Shown in pieces: positions 62,815-64,000 of a stretch of DNA of 64,000 nt. The position numbers and the translations under genes are program-made. Within the stretch, counting starts at the first letter, position 1. Every line of letters starts with the position of its first letter. The DNA lies in the NCBI GenBank assembly GCA_964626665.1, contig CAZVGK010000016.1, positions 1-64,000 on the forward strand, in the 5' to 3' direction. The notes beneath the pieces were generated by a model. The model was not told where the DNA came from, searched no databases, and worked only from the letters and a program-made list of their open reading frames with translations. This DNA is from an uncultured Gemmatimonadota bacterium. GTDB lineage: Bacteria; SM23-81; DAOVCL01.

Positions 62815-63813
62815 ATGCCCGAACTTAGGAAAGATCCGGTAATAGGCAGGTGGGTGATTATCTCCACCGAGAGGGGAAAGAGGCCCTCAGACTTTGAGGG
62901 TTTGGGTAAAAAGAGATCCGGAGGGTTCTGCCCCTTCTGCCCAGGGAACGAGGATCAAACCCCTCCGGAGATAAAGGCTATTCGCCCACCCAAATCCCCT
63001 CCAAACAGCCCCGGATGGAGCCTAAGGGTATTTCCCAACAAATTCCCTGCCCTGATGATCGAGGGGAACATAAATCGGGAGGGAATAGGCATATTCGACA
63101 AGATGAACGGGGTCGGGGCCCACGAGGTAATCGTGGAAACCCCTGATCACAACCTTGATATGGCCGACTTAGAGCTGCCCCAGATTAAAGATGTTCTCTT
63201 TACCTATCGGGAGAGGACCCTCGACCTGAAGAAGGATCCCAGGTTCAGGTATATACTCATCTTTAAAAACCAAGGAGAGTTAGCCGGAGCATCCTTAGAG
63301 CACAGCCACAGCCAGCTCATCGCCACTCCCATCGTTCCCAAGAGGGTAATGGAGGAGATAGACGGGGCAAGGAAGTATTATGATTACAAGGAGAGGTGCA
63401 TCTTCTGCGATATAATAGCCCAGGAGACAAGGGATGGGATCAGAATGGTTAGTGAAAATGAAGATTTCCTGGCAATAGAACCCTTTGCCCCCCGTTTCCC
63501 CTTTGAGACCTGGATTATGCCCAAGTTCCATCAGTGCTCCTTTGAAAGGATAGGGGATGAATCCATCACCCTTCTTGCCGGGATCTTGAAAGAGGTTTTG
63601 TCCAAGGTCTGCCAAGGGCTTAATTACCCACCATACAATTTCGTAATTCACACCTCCCCCTGTGTAGACCATCACGAGGAGGAGTATCATTGGCATATAG
63701 AGTTTATGCCCCGCCTCACTCGAGTGGCTGGCTTTGAATGGGGCACCGGCTTTTACATAAACCCCACTCCCCCAGAAGAGGCAGCGGCCTTCCTGCGTGG
63801 GGTGAAGCTTTAG
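62815..63813 (+). CDS. galT: galactose-1-phosphate uridylyltransferase
   Basis: ELRKDP, R.KRP, CPFCPGNE, HEVIVE, GASLEHSHSQ, AGFEWGTG. Confidence 0.93.
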   Translation: MPELRKDPVIGRWVIISTERGKRPSDFEGLGKKRSGGFCPFCPGNEDQTPPEIKAIRPPKSPPNSPGWSLRVFPNKFPALMIEGNINREGIGIFDKMNGVGAHEVIVETPDHNLDMADLELPQIKDVLFTYRERTLDLKKDPRFRYILIFKNQGELAGASLEHSHSQLIATPIVPKRVMEEIDGARKYYDYKERCIFCDIIAQETRDGIRMVSENEDFLAIEPFAPRFPFETWIMPKFHQCSFERIGDESITLLAGILKEVLSKVCQGLNYPPYNFVIHTSPCVDHHEEEYHWHIEFMPRLTRVAGFEWGTGFYINPTPPEEAAAFLRGVKL

Positions 63814-63954
63814 GGCCATAAATGAGAATGGTTCAAAAGAGTGCTGTCAGGAGTTACCTCCTGACAGCACTTGCAGGTTTTGAAGACATTTCCCCCCAAC
63901 TTTAAAGTTCTCAGAGATGGATCAGAAAAAATCAGTTGTTAAAAAGGAGGTAGC

Positions 63955-64000
63955 TTGAGGTCTGATAACCGGGTCCTCATCGTCTCCTCTGAGATGGTTC
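63955..64000 (+). CDS. glgA: 5' end of probable glycogen synthase (truncated by window edge)
   Basis: AGGAGGT SD then TTG-RSDNRVLIVSSEMV, resembling the GlgA N-terminus; follows galT. Confidence 0.55.
   Translation, partial: MRSDNRVLIVSSEMV

Overview
Bacterial chromosome segment, probably from an FCB-like candidate lineage (inferred from three secreted proteins ending in a QNYPNPFN...GxYFxRL FlgD-Ig/T9SS-like C-terminal domain). Almost every gene from 1 to 57,079 is on the minus strand and the orientation switches to plus at purD (58,702). Housekeeping backbone: fabH-plsX-rpmF-yceD, malic enzyme-ndk-cstA, pruA, gyrA-gyrB-DUF721-dnaN (no dnaA/recF), metK, PGI/PMI, ptsI/ptsH, dprA, obg, cdaA, folP, ftsH, hpt, tilS, tRNA-Met, purD/purE, galT and the start of glgA. 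The standout region is a visibly AT-rich ~14 kb array (about 15,830-29,990) directly downstream of gyrA. It holds co-oriented defence/TA genes: a Schlafen/AlbA_2 two-gene unit, a trypsin-like lipoprotein, an Mrr-like nuclease plus PLD nuclease, an EcoRV-like RM locus with two MTases, two PIN-type TA pairs, type III RM fragments and a pRiA4b-ORF3-like gene. Its units are bounded by integron-like core motifs and a 330-bp repeat, and several are cut at co-oriented GGGG(A/T)C-type end motifs followed by micro-duplications. No integrase or transposase is present in the window. Intergenic DNA elsewhere is crowded with several families of REP/MITE-like palindromes and 7-nt periodic repeats, some of which lie in frame inside coding sequence. 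All family assignments come from motif recognition by eye; no database searches were run.
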